A stretch of DNA of 64,000 bases from Paraspadella gotoi (Eukaryota > Animalia > Chaetognatha): assembly GCA_051294375.1 (NCBI GenBank), contig CM119269.1, positions 8,629,619 to 8,693,618 on the forward strand, read 5' to 3'. Every line of letters begins with the position of its first letter. Position 1 is the first letter of the stretch. Both the position numbers and the translations under genes were made by a program. Below the pieces are notes generated by a model. The model was not told where the DNA came from. It was given only the letters and a program-made list of their open reading frames with translations, and made no database searches. This document shows, piece by piece, positions 42,432 through 62,100 of this stretch.

Positions 42432-42561
42432 AGAGAAAAAGTTTGAAGTATTTCCAACAAAATTTATTTTTTGTGCTGATGAAGACTTGAATATCAAAGT
42501 CGAAACATTGTCCATTGTTTAAAAATAAATCGTTGCTTGAAATACTTCGAACTATTTCTCT
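42432..42561 (+). ncRNA. Minimal type-I hammerhead ribozyme (Penelope-like) at the tip of a long hairpin
   Basis: gtg CTGATGA agactt-gaatatc-aaagtc GAAAC att GTC^cat. The flanks agagaaaaagtttgaagtatttc..atttattttt and aaaaataaat..gaaatacttcgaactatttctct extend stem I. Confidence 0.75.
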
Positions 42562-42970
42562 GGAATGTTATATACATTTATATATAATAATAAAAAATAC
42601 TTTAGATCGAGTATCCCACGATTTCTAATATTTAGTTACCGCTTTCGTCGTATTATAATCATCGGGTTTTAATTTTGAATTCTCAAAAAGGATTGGAAAA
42701 TTTATACTCTGAAGAGGTAAACAAGAATATTTCAAATTGATTTAAATCGTAAATTGAATACGTAGCTTCATGCATATCTTGATCTTAACAAAAATGTATT
42801 TCAAAACAGTATTTCCAGGTCGTAAATATCTTTCTACTTTCTGCTCGAATGACCAATAATGTAGGCGTTTTAGGAAAAACAGTTTTTATGAGACAAACAA
42901 CGAGTTTAATGACAATAGATAGTCGGACATGTTTCGAATCTTATATATCTCGATCGAATCCTACATATTT

Positions 42971-43025
<55 letters not shown>

Positions 43026-44469
43026 TAAATTCAAGAGTTCAGCTTGATTAAGGAATTTTTGCTAACGAGTTTGAATGACACATATACTAATATGTAATAG
43101 CTGTCAAGATTCCCTCAGTTTCATGTCCATTTAAAACGTTTATCTTCTATTAATATTTTAAGCCAATTAATAAAAACTTTCACTTCATGATTGTAATTCA
43201 ATAAGTAATGCGAAAAAATCCTAATCGCGTTCACGACCTCTGTGACATTTGAAGTTTCAGTAAAACTAAATTAAATTACCCGCCCAAATTACCTCGTTCA
43301 AAACAGTAAAAAGGGGCAAAGAATTGGCAGCGCCAGCGAATAGAGAAACGTTTGTTTCGGACCAAATTTATCTTTTATTCAAATTATTGTATACATTAGA
43401 AATCGAATTTTTAAGTTAAAAATCTCGATCCAACTGCGAAATATTTTATTATCTGAAAAGATTCAAAGTTTTTTAGTCGGATCTGCTTATCAGCAGATCC
43501 CGACTCTATAACTCACCCTTTTAATCCCGCATCCGTCGGGCTCCGCCCCCTCAATATTGTCAAAAGGGCACACACTTATATCATGTTCAGAACAGTCGGA
43601 ATTATGATAAATTATGCAAAAAAAAAATGGATGTCCGGCCGTCCGTCTGTCTGTCCGTCCGTCCGTCCGTCCGTCCGTCGTCCGATGTCCGTCCGTCCGT
43701 CCGTCCGTTGTCCGTCCCCGTCCGTCCGCTCCGTCCGTCCGTCCGTCCGTCCACACCTTAGCAAAAAAAAAACTCCAAATACTCGTGAGTGGATGGATGA
43801 TTGGTATGAAATTGTTGTGTTTGCCTAGGAAATCTGTGTGCATTTTTAGGAAATGAATATGAAGTTTCGAGGGAAAATTCGTGACGAGTGGAAATGGGGA
43901 TGGGGTTTAAAATGGAAAAAAAGAGAACAAAAAAAAAATATTTCACTATTGAACGCCCAAATTTTGCTCAGAGTGGAAGGGAACCAATTGAACTTCTTAT
44001 AAAAATTGTATGAGTAGGAAAGCTGGTGTGTGTCGATATTGAGCTGGATATAAAGTTTCCGGATGGGCAATCAGTACGAGTCGCGAACGGAAGATGAAGG
44101 ATAATTTTGACCCTAGTTAACAGATGGAAAAAACAAAAGTTCATATTTACTTGAAGTATTTTTATTGTTTACTTCACATTTACTCATAATTAGTTTATTG
44201 TTATAGGAAAAATTGAATAGATAAATCTTAAATGAATTTTGGCAGGGCTGTGGGTAGGAAAGTATGCTGATAAACGCGCGATAATTAAAATTTTGATGGG
44301 AATCGTCAGGAGTGGAAAAGAGTTTCAATTAAGAAAACCAAAAGGACACGAAAATTATTTGAATTTTTTTTAGACAAAGTTTCTCTCTCTCATGCCTCTC
44401 TGATTGATGAGTTAACTTGATTGACTTGATTAGCTTGATTTGAATTGATTGAGCATAGATGTTGATTGA

Positions 44470-44930
44470 ATTGACCAAATTTATGACAACCTTTGACAAA
44501 ATATGCCAGTTTACCAAATTCTTAAGAGTTGACCAAAAATATGCCAGTTGACCAAAATTCTGCAAGTTGGCTCAATTTCTGCAAGTGATCCAAGATTATG
44601 CCTCGTTGACCAAATCTGATGCCACGTTGACCAAATACGGAAGCACAGTTTTGATTAAAAATGCCCAGAAGTTTGGACCAGAATTATGCCGGCTTGAAAC
44701 ACAAATTATCTTAAGTTGACAGAATATTGTCAGCTTGACCCCAAAATTTTGTCAGTTGTGATTAGACCAAATTATATCAGCTTAACCAAATTATGTCTGT
44801 TGACCAAAATTATTTCACAGTGACCAAATTATTGTCCAGTAGACCAAATTAATTCAGTTACTTAGAATTTATGTCTGTTTTGACCACAATTTAATGCAAG
44901 TGATATCTAAATTTATGCAAGTTGACAACG
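44470..44930. repeat. About 20-bp tandem repeat (ttgaccaaaattatgccag)
   Basis: About 20 degenerate units. Confidence 0.7.
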
Positions 44931-46358
44931 AGGAGCTTAACATACTTAATTATCGAATTGGACCTTGGCGGGAATTCAATTACGTATGTGAGAGAAAAGC
45001 TCGTGTGATGAAACAGGAAAAACCAAGGTTTTCGATGGAAATCTTCTTGAGTAGAAAACCGATGGTTTTTTTAAATGGGAAAAAAAAAAACCAAAAATAT
45101 CGCTCTTGCTTCACTAATTGAATTATGCATTCTTTTTTCCTCCTTTATATTATTAAATGTGTACTGCAGATGTATTTAATAAAATCAAATACATTAATTC
45201 AGTTAATTAATCAATTAGTCAATTTATTAATCAATTAATTTAATTAATCCAGTCAATCAATCCGTCCATCCGTCCCACCTTAACAAAACCCCAAATAACT
45301 CGTATTGGCTGCTGTTGGATGCCGAATGATATTTGGTTGTGTAGGAAAGTTGTGTACCGCGGCAAGGGACAAGGTGTGTGAATAAAAGAACTGAGATATA
45401 AATTTCGACGAGATCAGCTGTCTGTAAGTGGAAATGACAATTTTTAGGTAAGAAAAAAACACTAAGTCTAGTTAATTACCTTAAAAAATTTTACTTATTA
45501 TTAAACCAATTAAGTACCCTCTAAAAATTAATTCATTAATTGGAATGGACTAGTAGAGATTGAGTTCAATTTTTTGGTGTCAAGTGGAAAGAGAAACGAA
45601 AGAAAAAAAAAAAGAAAGAAATAACGAGACAAAATGGAAGAGGAACAATAAGAAAAAGAATAGAAAATGAAATAGCGAATAAAAACAAAGAAGAGAGAAA
45701 AAGAGAGGACTGCTTTGGATTAAAAGTTTCGAAGAGTGTGGAAATCATAAGAACGAGTGGAATATAAAGTATGAAATGAAAAAAAAATCGAGATGAGTCC
45801 ACAAATTTAACCAAATTGGAAATCGGATTATATTACTTATTTTAGGACACGTCAATAAAAATAGGAATTGAGAATGAAATGTTAATTGGGTTCGAATATG
45901 CGAAAGGTAGGATAAGTGGTTGTTGTGAAGAAGAAAGCACTACTGATATAAAAATTTATGTAACGGAAAATTTGCCAAAAAGTGGGAAATAGAGTTAAAA
46001 TGAGAAAACGATATTATTTGAATCTTTATTATTTATGATATAATATAATTAGTGAGGATACTAATAAATGTGAATTTACTAATTTAATTAATAAATAATG
46101 TGAAAAAAATGATGCCAATTTAAAAAAAATAGCTAAGTTGTAAAAATGATGCGAGAAGAAAAATGATGCAACGTAAAAATAAATCCTAAAAGCATAAAGG
46201 ATCCGTCGCAATTGCAAAGAGAGAGAGAGAAGATAGAGCGACGTGTAAGAGAGAGAGGAGGAGAAGAGAGGAGAATAAGAAAGAAGAAGATGAGAAGAGA
46301 GGAGAGAGAGGAGAGAATGAGCAGGAAAAGCCAGCAAGATTAAGATCGTCGCCCAATT

Positions 46359-46442
<84 letters not shown>

Positions 46443-46803
46443 AAGAGAGCAGAAAAATGAGCATTAAGGACATCGCAATTGCAAAAGGAGAAAGAGAGAG
46501 AGAAGAGAACGAGAGACAGAGAGAAGGCAGGAGAGGAGAGGAGAGGAAGCAGAAACAAAATTGAGCATAAAAAGGATCGTGCAAAATGCAAAACAGAGAG
46601 AAAGAGAGAGAAAAAAGAAAAGAAAAGGAGAGAGACGAGAGACCAAATACAAAGAGAGAGAGGAGAGAGGGAGAAAGTCCGAGATAAAAATATTAGCGAA
46701 TAAAAAAGTTTTATTTTACTCACTTAATAAAATACTTAAAATACTTACAAATACATAATTGAAAATTAAATTATTATTCCCATAACATAGGTTAATCACA
46801 TGC

Positions 46804-47515
46804 AATATATCTAGTTAAGCGCAGCGCCAAAATTGAAACACTTTTTATAACTTCTAGTTCTCTCAAAAAAATTTCTTTTTTCCTTCTACTACTAAAATCG
46901 ATTTTCAAATGTAACTTTTTGAATTAGTTCATATTGTGTTGTTGCACTGAAGCTTTTAAATATTTATTAATTTAACAATGACAAAAAAAATTTATAAATT
47001 ATGTTTTTTTTTAAGAACGGGTTCTTGTAAAGCTTATAAAAGTTAAAATGAAAGTTAGTACTATAATTTTTTCAAATTTTGACAATAGAATTGGTTAAAA
47101 ATAAAAAAACCTGAAAAAATCATCATCATCAATATTGGCTTCTGAAATTATTTATTTAAATTTTCATAATATATAAAAACAAAATTTTAAAAGCTAATTA
47201 TAAACCATTATATTCTACAAAGATTTTAAAAGCTCTATCAGAATCTATAAAAAAAATTGATAAGCAAAATTTTAAAAATTATTTTCATTTCATATTATTT
47301 AATAGTCGTGCTATAACCATTATTATTTGAGAGAACTTCTAGTTTTTCAACCTGTTCCGGCCTAATATCTAGTAAGGCGGGCCCAAATTGAACACTTTTT
47401 ATGACTTCTAGTTCTCTTTAAATTTTTTTTCCTTTTACTACTAAATCGATTTTCAATTTAACTTTTTAAATTAGTTCATTGGGTTGTTGCACTGAAGCTT
47501 TTAAATATTTATTTA
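46804..47515. repeat. About 165-bp direct repeats (46804-46970 and 47363-47515) around an AT-rich core
   Basis: aatatctagt..aagc.g..gcc.aaattgaa.cactttt...gttgttgcactgaagcttttaaatatttatt occurs twice. Confidence 0.6.
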
Positions 47516-48367
47516 ATATATAATAATTATATAAAGTTTTGACGGAATTGTGCCAGTGGAAATGAGTTTAGATGAAAAAAATATAAGTCACATTTACTGA
47601 ATCTTTAATATTAATGATTACTAATAAATGTTTTAATTAATTAATTAATTAATGCAAGTTAAAAAATTTAAAAAATCGTCGCAATTGCATAAAAAGAGAG
47701 AGAGAGAGAGAAGGAGAGAGAGAGTGAAGAGAGAGATAGAAGGAGACATAAAATAAAATAGAGGATATTTGTGTTGTTTTGATAAAATGTAAACAAAACA
47801 TATTTAATAACTGTCCTAACCCAATTTTAAGGACATCGATGATGAGAAGTTGAATATAAATTTAAAATTAATTATTACATATTAAAATTAATTAATTAAT
47901 TAATTAATCGATTAATTAATTAATCTAATCGTAGGCAGATCCGACATTGTTTGCTCAAACTTGTTTTATTTTGACGGCGATGGTATTAAAGTGAAAAACT
48001 TTATTTTTGTTGGGACGCGTAAAATGAATGATTAGTTTAAAACCGTAATAAAAGTACTTTAAAATACAGAAAGAAATATTTTTCTGCAAGCGAATCAATT
48101 CTACACAAAATTTTGTTTGCTTTTTTGCCCAAATGTGAGGGTTAAAAGGTTTGATTAAAAGTTTCCAGGTTTCTCAACGAAAAGGAATGAAGGAAATAAT
48201 CTACAAATTCGCTATTTGTTTATTTGTTGTTTTGAAATTTTATATTTTGCATTAATTATAAAAAAATAATTATTTTTCATTGTAGCTGCTGGAGTTAAAA
48301 TAAACCGTATTTTGTTCATTATCTAAAGACACAACGAAAGGAAGAAACAAGATACAATAATATTCTC

Positions 48368-48570
48368 TATGAAAATGGTACAGCCAATATAAAAATTATC
48401 CATTCATTCAATAAAATAAGCCATCTTGCCAACTGCTTTTGGACAGGCTACGGTTCGTTAAGGCATCCACCCTTTTTACAAGATAAAAACAAAGCAGGAC
48501 CCAGCAAGCTTTCAATCAAGAATCACTTATAGACTAGTTTTGATATCAATGAATTGTTTCAATCGTATTA
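48368..48570 (-). mobile_element. Family A degenerate copy just upstream of the patatin-TPR start codon
   Basis: tatgaaaatggtacagccaatataaaaattatccattca...atcttgcc..ttggacaggct..ttaaggcatccac..tacaagata..caagctttcaatcaag. Confidence 0.65.
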
Positions 48571-48661
48571 AAATATAACTTCCTTCAGTATTAACATTTT
48601 AAAATCATCCACAGTTGACTAAACTTCATCCAAAAAATCGGCACAAATTTCGATCTTCGCA

Positions 48662-55452
<6,791 letters not shown>

Positions 55453-56137
55453 GTTCGTTTAAAATATCACGAAATGAGTGATTGTTTAACGGACTCTCAC
55501 GAAATATTATTGTGTTTTTAATCATTGTACAAATAGTGCCGTTTGTTGAACAGCGCACTTTTTTTTTATTGGTTATTGGTTTGTACTATAATTGTGAATA
55601 AATTGTACAATAAAATGTTTCTAACGAATCCGTTCTTTTTTTCAATGAAAATGCTAATTGAGTTAAATGACAATCGCGAGGGCTACTCTAATGACGACGC
55701 GCGACCCGCATTCAAAAGTTGTGAAGAAATGGTAAAACCTCTGAACTCGGGAAAATTAATTTCTTTATCGCGAGAATTAATTAATCCGAGTCGCTTTCTC
55801 GAGTTCAATGTACTATTGTTTTGTACTATGTCTTGTTTTGAGAAGAAGTCGAATTAATTATGATGAAAAAAAGTATATAACGTATATCGTACATTTTCTA
55901 TTGATCCCTTTCTGATTAGTATTTATTAGTATTTATTTCTGTCTTCGATGCTTTTGTACACAATTTTTTTCGCTTTCGTATTTGCATGACTTCTTTCCTT
56001 TCTGTATCTTTCTTTCTTTTTTATATACCTATTTACCAACTTGAGTCCTTATTTTCTATGGACGCGATTTTACCCAAAAAATTTTAAAATGTAATAAATA
56101 TTAAAAAATTACAGCCACGAAATATTCCATCTACACC

Positions 56138-59100
56138 ATGGGTGCCAAAGAATTAGACGATCTATACATTTCCCTGGGCGTTTGCGGTTGGTTCCCTTTG
56201 GGTCACTTTTTCCTCTCCACGATGGCCAACGCCTGCAATTGCTTTCTCTTCTTTGGCAACGCCTTGGCGACTTTCCAACCTCGATTCTGGTGCACCGATC
56301 TCAGGATCTACAACAGCAACAGTTCAACTTCATCGTCCTCCCTCTCCTATTCCTTTCCCAACTTCTTATCCAACCTCTCCCGACAAGACATCTGCTCGAT
56401 CGGATGTCCCGGCGCCAACTGGAGCTTCGAGGACCCGATCGAACATTCCATGGCGTCCGAGTGGAACCTCGTTTGCGATCGGGAGTATCTCATCAACTTG
56501 ACCGAAACTCTCTTCTACGCCGGCAACTTGTTGGCCTGCCTCTTTATAGGAATTTTGAGCGACAAGTTCGGGCGTCTCCGAGTGATCATGGCTGCAGCGG
56601 CGCTGAATGTTGTGGCGGGACTCCAGGTGGCGTGGATCGATAACGTGTATCACTATTTGATCGTAAGGTGAGTCCGCGCCTTGAGATGTTTATTGAGATT
56701 TCAAAGAATGAAGGAAAAAGTACAAGTATTACCAGTACAATACTAAATTGACATCCCGAAGTATATTATAGCAGAGGATGGATTATCAAGTAGCTTGCCT
56801 CTCTGAGCTTCTCCGTCTTTTCTTCTGATTGACCAATCAGAAAACGACGGCAGAGACACGAGATAAGGAAAGGGATCACTCTTCAACTTACCATCAAGAA
56901 ACTAATATCAACTAATAAAAACTGCCTTTTTTCTGCATAATCTACATAATTTGTATGTCAATTATCATCTTCCCAACGTGTTCTTATGTCAATAAAACTC
57001 CTATTTGTCCCGTAATAAACCACGCCTACTTTCTTCGTTGTGATGGCAGCGGTGAGATTCGAACCCACGCCTCCGAAGAGACTTAAAATGGAAATGGAAA
57101 TGGATTGATCAAGTAGCTTGTTTCTCTTGTCTCGTATATGTTTACATTCATACATACGGATGTAACCGTTTATTTTTATAGTTAAGAAATTTTGTAGAGA
57201 TTTTATTTTCATTTAAACAACGAGTTAACATTTATTATCGGACATGTTTCGGTTTAATTCGTTTAACTCGTTGTTTAAATGAAAATAAAATCTCTACAAC
57301 TTTGTCACTTTAGCAACGAAAAGAAAATAAACTTTACGAAAAGACTCAATAGTTTAGAAATTAAAAAAAATATTCTGGCGTCATAAGGGCTTTTGTTTAG
57401 GGACCGTGTATAAATTTAATTGTTTTTTCTTTAGATTTATCCTTGGAATTGGCTATGCTGGGCTCTACACGTTTGATACTTATAAGGTATTTTCTTATGG
57501 CGGTAATCGTTGTTGAAAAAAGACTCCAAAACAGTTTCTCTGTATCGCCGCCATGAAATTTAAAACAATTTTTTTTTTTTCGATTTCTCAAATTATGACA
57601 AAAATAATTAAGAAATTATGTTAATTATTTTATAAATATATTATGAAAAGTGCGAAACGTTTTCGTCTCGACATCGCGTCATTCCAATGGTGTTCGACCC
57701 AACGTGGATCGTCTGGGGCGCTTCAATTCCATGGTTGTGGTGAGTCAGATTTTTATGGATACGTTTTTGGTCGGTCAATCGATTTCCTCAATAATTTGTA
57801 AAATTGCCATTCAGAAATAGAAAATTATTATCTTTTTTGTGCGTTATCACTTTCTACCAATGATAGGATTGCCCGAGAGGGGGCACGGAGTATCTCACCA
57901 ATTACTGTTCGGGCTGCGGACCAAGAGTTTCCCAATTTGACTAATTTCCTTCACTCTTCTATCCCCTATCCCTCGTCTCTCAGTTACGCCCTGCCCAGCT
58001 GGAGGACCCTGCTGCTCATTCTCTATGGAGCCAACATTTTGGTCATCCCTGCCACCATGTCCCTGCCCGAGTCCCCGCCCTGGCTCATCAAGAAAGGAAG
58101 GACGGAAGATGGCGAAAGGAGATTCTGCGGGAAAATCTGCCAAGGACGAGAGGGAGGAAGGTGGAGGAGGAGAAGTTGGAGAGGTTGGGATGGGGAGGGA
58201 GGGAGGAAGGAGGGAGAGAGAGGGGAGGAGGAAGGGAGGAAGGTGAGGGAAAAGAAAGGAAAGGAAGAAAGGAAGGACGGAAGAGGCGAAGGAGATTCTG
58301 CGGGAAATCGCAAGGACGAGAGGGAGGAAGGTGGAGGAGGAGAAGTTGGAGAGGGTGGGATGGGAGGGAGGGAGAGAAGGGAGAGGAGAGAGAGAGGGAG
58401 GAGGAAGGGAGGAAGGTGGAGGAAAAGAAAGGAAAGGAAGGAAAGGAAGACGAAGAGGCGCAAGGAGATTCTGCGGGAAATCGCAGAGGACGAGAGGGAG
58501 GAAGGTGGAGGAGGAGAAGTTGGAGAGGTGGGATGGGTGAGGGTAGGGAGGGAAGGGGAGGCGAGAGAGAGTGGAGGAGGTAAGGGATGAGGAAGGTGGA
58601 GAAAAAAGAAAGGAAGGAAGAAGGAGGACGGAAGAGAGGCGAAGGAGATTTCTTGCGCGGAAAATAATCGCAAGGACGAGAGCGAGGAAGGTGGAGGAGG
58701 AGAAGTTGGAGAGGTGGGATGGGGGGAGGGCAGGGAGGAAGGCGAGGGGAGAGAGGGAGGAGAAGGAGGAAGGTGGAGGGAAAAGAAAGCGAAGGAAGAA
58801 AGGAAGGACGGAAGAGGCGAAGGAGATTCTGTCGGGAAATCGCAAGGGACGAATGAGGGAGAAGTGGAGGAGGAGAAGTTGGAGAGGGTAGGATGGGGAG
58901 GAGGGAGGAAAGGGGTAGGAGAGAGAGAGGGGAGGAGGATAGGGAGGAAGGTTGGAGGAAAAGAAAGGAAGGAAGAAAGGAAGGACGGAAGAGGCGAAGG
59001 AGATTTCTTACGCGGAATCGCAAGGACGATGAGGGAGGAAGGTGGAGGAGGAGAAGCTTTGGAGATGGTGGCATGGGGAGGGAGGGAATGAGGAAGGGCA

Positions 59101-62100
59101 GGTGAGATGAGAGCGGTGAGGAGGAAGGAGGAAGGTGGAGGAAAAGTATAAGGAGAGAAGAAATGGAAGGACGGTAAGCAGGCGAAGGAGATTTCTGCGG
59201 AAATCGCAAAGACGAGACAGAGGGAGGAAGTTGGGAGGCAGGAAGTCTGGAGACGGTGGATCCGGGGCAGGAGTAGGCGAGGAAGGGAGGGATGAGAGAG
59301 GGAGGAGGAAGGGAAGGAAGGTGAGGAAATGAAAGGAAGGAAGAAAGGAAGCGACGGAAGAGCGCGAAGGATGATTCTGCGGGGAAATCGCAAGGACGAG
59401 AGGGAGTAAGAGTGGAGGAGGAGAAGTTGGAGACGGGTGGATCGGGGAGGGAGGGCAGGAAGGGAGCGGGAGAGAGAGGGGAGCGAGGAAGGGCAGGAAG
59501 GTGGAGGAAAGAAAGGAAGCAGAAGAAATGGTAAGGACGGAAGAGTGCCGAAGGAGATCTGCCGGGAAATCGCAGGTCAAAGGACGAGAGGGAGGAAGGT
59601 GCGCAGGAGGTAGAAGTTGGGAGAGATGTGGTCATGGGGAGGGAGGGAGGATCAAGGAGGCGAGAGAGAGGGAGGAGATAGGGAGGAAGGTGGAGGAAAA
59701 AGAAAGGCATGAAAGAAAGGTCAAGCGACGGAAGAGGCCGAAGGAGCATCTGCGGGAATCGCTTGAGGACGAGAGCAGAGTCAGGTGGAGGAGCGAGACA
59801 GTTGGCGATGCATGGTGGCGATAGGGGCGGAGGAAGGTAGGGCAGCGAGGAGAGAGGCAGAGGAGACGATGAGGAAGAGCACGACGAGAGAGAGAGCAGA
59901 GGCAGGGAGAGGAAGGGAGGAATGTGGAGGACGGAGAATTTTGGCAGAGGTCGGGATGGGAGGGATGGAGGAGGAATGGTTGGAGGAGGAGAAGGTTGGA
60001 GAGTTGCGATCGGAGGGGAGGAAGGAGGGAGGTAGGACAGGAGAGAAAGGAGCGGAGGGAGGAGAGGGAGATAAGGTTGGGAGGGGAGGAGAAGTGGAGA
60101 GGTGGATATGGTGGAGGAGAAGGTGGGAGGAGGGAGGGGGAGAGAGAGGAGGAGAGGAAGGGAGGAAGGTGAGGAGGAGAAGTTGGAGAGGTGGCATGGG
60201 AGGGAGGAAGGGAGAGCAGAGAGAGGGAGGGCAGGAAGGTTATAGGAGGAGAAGTTGGAGAGGTGGATGGGGAAGGAAGGTTGGGAGGGAGGGAGGGGGA
60301 GAGAGAGAGGGAGGAAGGAGGAGGAAGGTGGAGGAGGAGAAGTTGGAGAGGTGGGAGGAGGGAGGGAAGGAGGAGAGAGGGAGGGAGGAAGGATAGGAGC
60401 GAGAAGTTGAGCAGAGGTGGAGGTGGAGGAAGGAGAGAGAGAGAGAGGGAGGGAGGAAGGTATAGAGGAGGAAGTTGGAGAGGTGGGATGGTGGAAGGAA
60501 GGTTGGGAGGGAGGAGGGGGAGTAGAGAGAGGAAAGGAAGCGTAATAAGGAGTGAGAAAGTTTGAAGGAGGTGGGCATGGTGGGAGGGAAGGGCGATGAG
60601 AGAGAGAGAGGGAAGGGGGAATATAGGGAGAAGTTGGAGAGGTGGGAATGGACCCACTTATAGTTTCCATTCCACGAGGTGCTGTCTAGTATATCGCGCT
60701 CGGATACAATCTCCCTATGTCGCATCTGCTGAATCCTAAGGTGTCTTCTCTATGACGCTCCGCCCCGCGACCGCTCGACAGCAGTTCTGTGTAGGCCGCA
60801 CCTCATCTCATGCAGACCGTGGAGTACCCTGCTCAGAGTTCTAGAGTAGACCGCCGACGGCTCAGTCTCCTGGCCCGTGATTGCTCGGAACCCGTTGAGC
60901 CTCTCCCCTCACGACTACGCGGCTGCGATCCGACGGATCTGTCTTCAGCAACTCGCGCCATCGTTGGACCGCGTCTGCTGCGCGATCGCGCAACAGGGTT
61001 GTCTGTAAACTACGCCATCCTAGTGTCTTCGCCGCGACGAGTCCTTACTTTCCCCGCCTATCCCCTCTGAAGCACAATAACTGCTGAGAGCACAGTCCTG
61101 AGCATCGCTGACTTGTCAACGCTGATCCAGCTCCGTCAGCTAGACACGCGTCGTGCAGATTCATATTGGTCTACCTCCCTGCGACACCTGCGCATAGATT
61201 CCAGATCCTCCTGCGCTGTTCCTCTAGCGATACGACTTTACCGTTAGACAATAGCGATTGCGTCACCATGTTCTGCTTCCTGGCCATACCACCACAGCTC
61301 CTCACGTTCTACGCAGGTCTAATACACCTCGATCATCTTCTCACCACAACACGACACGATCTACACCGTGATATATCCTACGAATATACAAGAGAGCGGT
61401 GCATGGTGCTCCGGATGGAACAGGACCTACATCAGAGGAGAAGTTGGAGTGAGGTGGGTATGCGCGGGAGAAAGGTGGACGGAGAGCAGTAGCAGGCGAG
61501 GCGAAGAGTCACAACGGTGTTAGGATGCAGAAGTTAGGGAGAGGTTGGATGCGATGAGGATCAGGAAGGAAGATGAGAGAGAGGGAGGGAGAGATTAGGT
61601 GAAAGTTGGATGAGGTGGGCATGGGAGGAAGGGGAGAGAGAGAGAGATGGATTTAAGGAGGAAGGTACTTAGGCAGGAGAACGGTTGGAGAGGTGTGGAA
61701 TGGTGGGTAAGGTAAGCGGTTGGGAGGGAGGGAGGGGGACGAGAGAGCAGGGAGGAAGGGAGGAAGGTGGAGTGAGGCAGAAGTTGCGGAGATGGTGGTG
61801 GCGATGGGGGGAGGAATGGGAGAGAGAGAGAGACGCGGAGGAGGAAGCCGTTATAGGAGGATGAAGGTTGGAGAGGTCGGATGGGCGGGAGGAATGGACG
61901 ATGAGCATGAGAGAGGGAGCGGCAGGGAAGGTATATGAATGAAGGCAGAATGTTGTACGATCGGTGGGTATGGGGGGAGGAAGGAGAGAAGATAGTGAGA
62001 GTACGAGAGGGAGGGCACGGAAGCGTGTCATTACCGAGCGAGCAATGTTGCGAGATGGTGGATTGGTGGAAGACAGGTTGCGGAGGGCTAGGCGGAGGGG

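Noticed and set aside
41850-44930. 20-30-bp tandem repeats as CRISPR arrays
   Set aside because: No unique spacers, degenerate units, eukaryotic context and no cas genes.
60660-61430. Compositionally distinct non-repetitive insert within the purine array
   Set aside because: No ORF or motif was recognised. It looks like a low-quality read segment.
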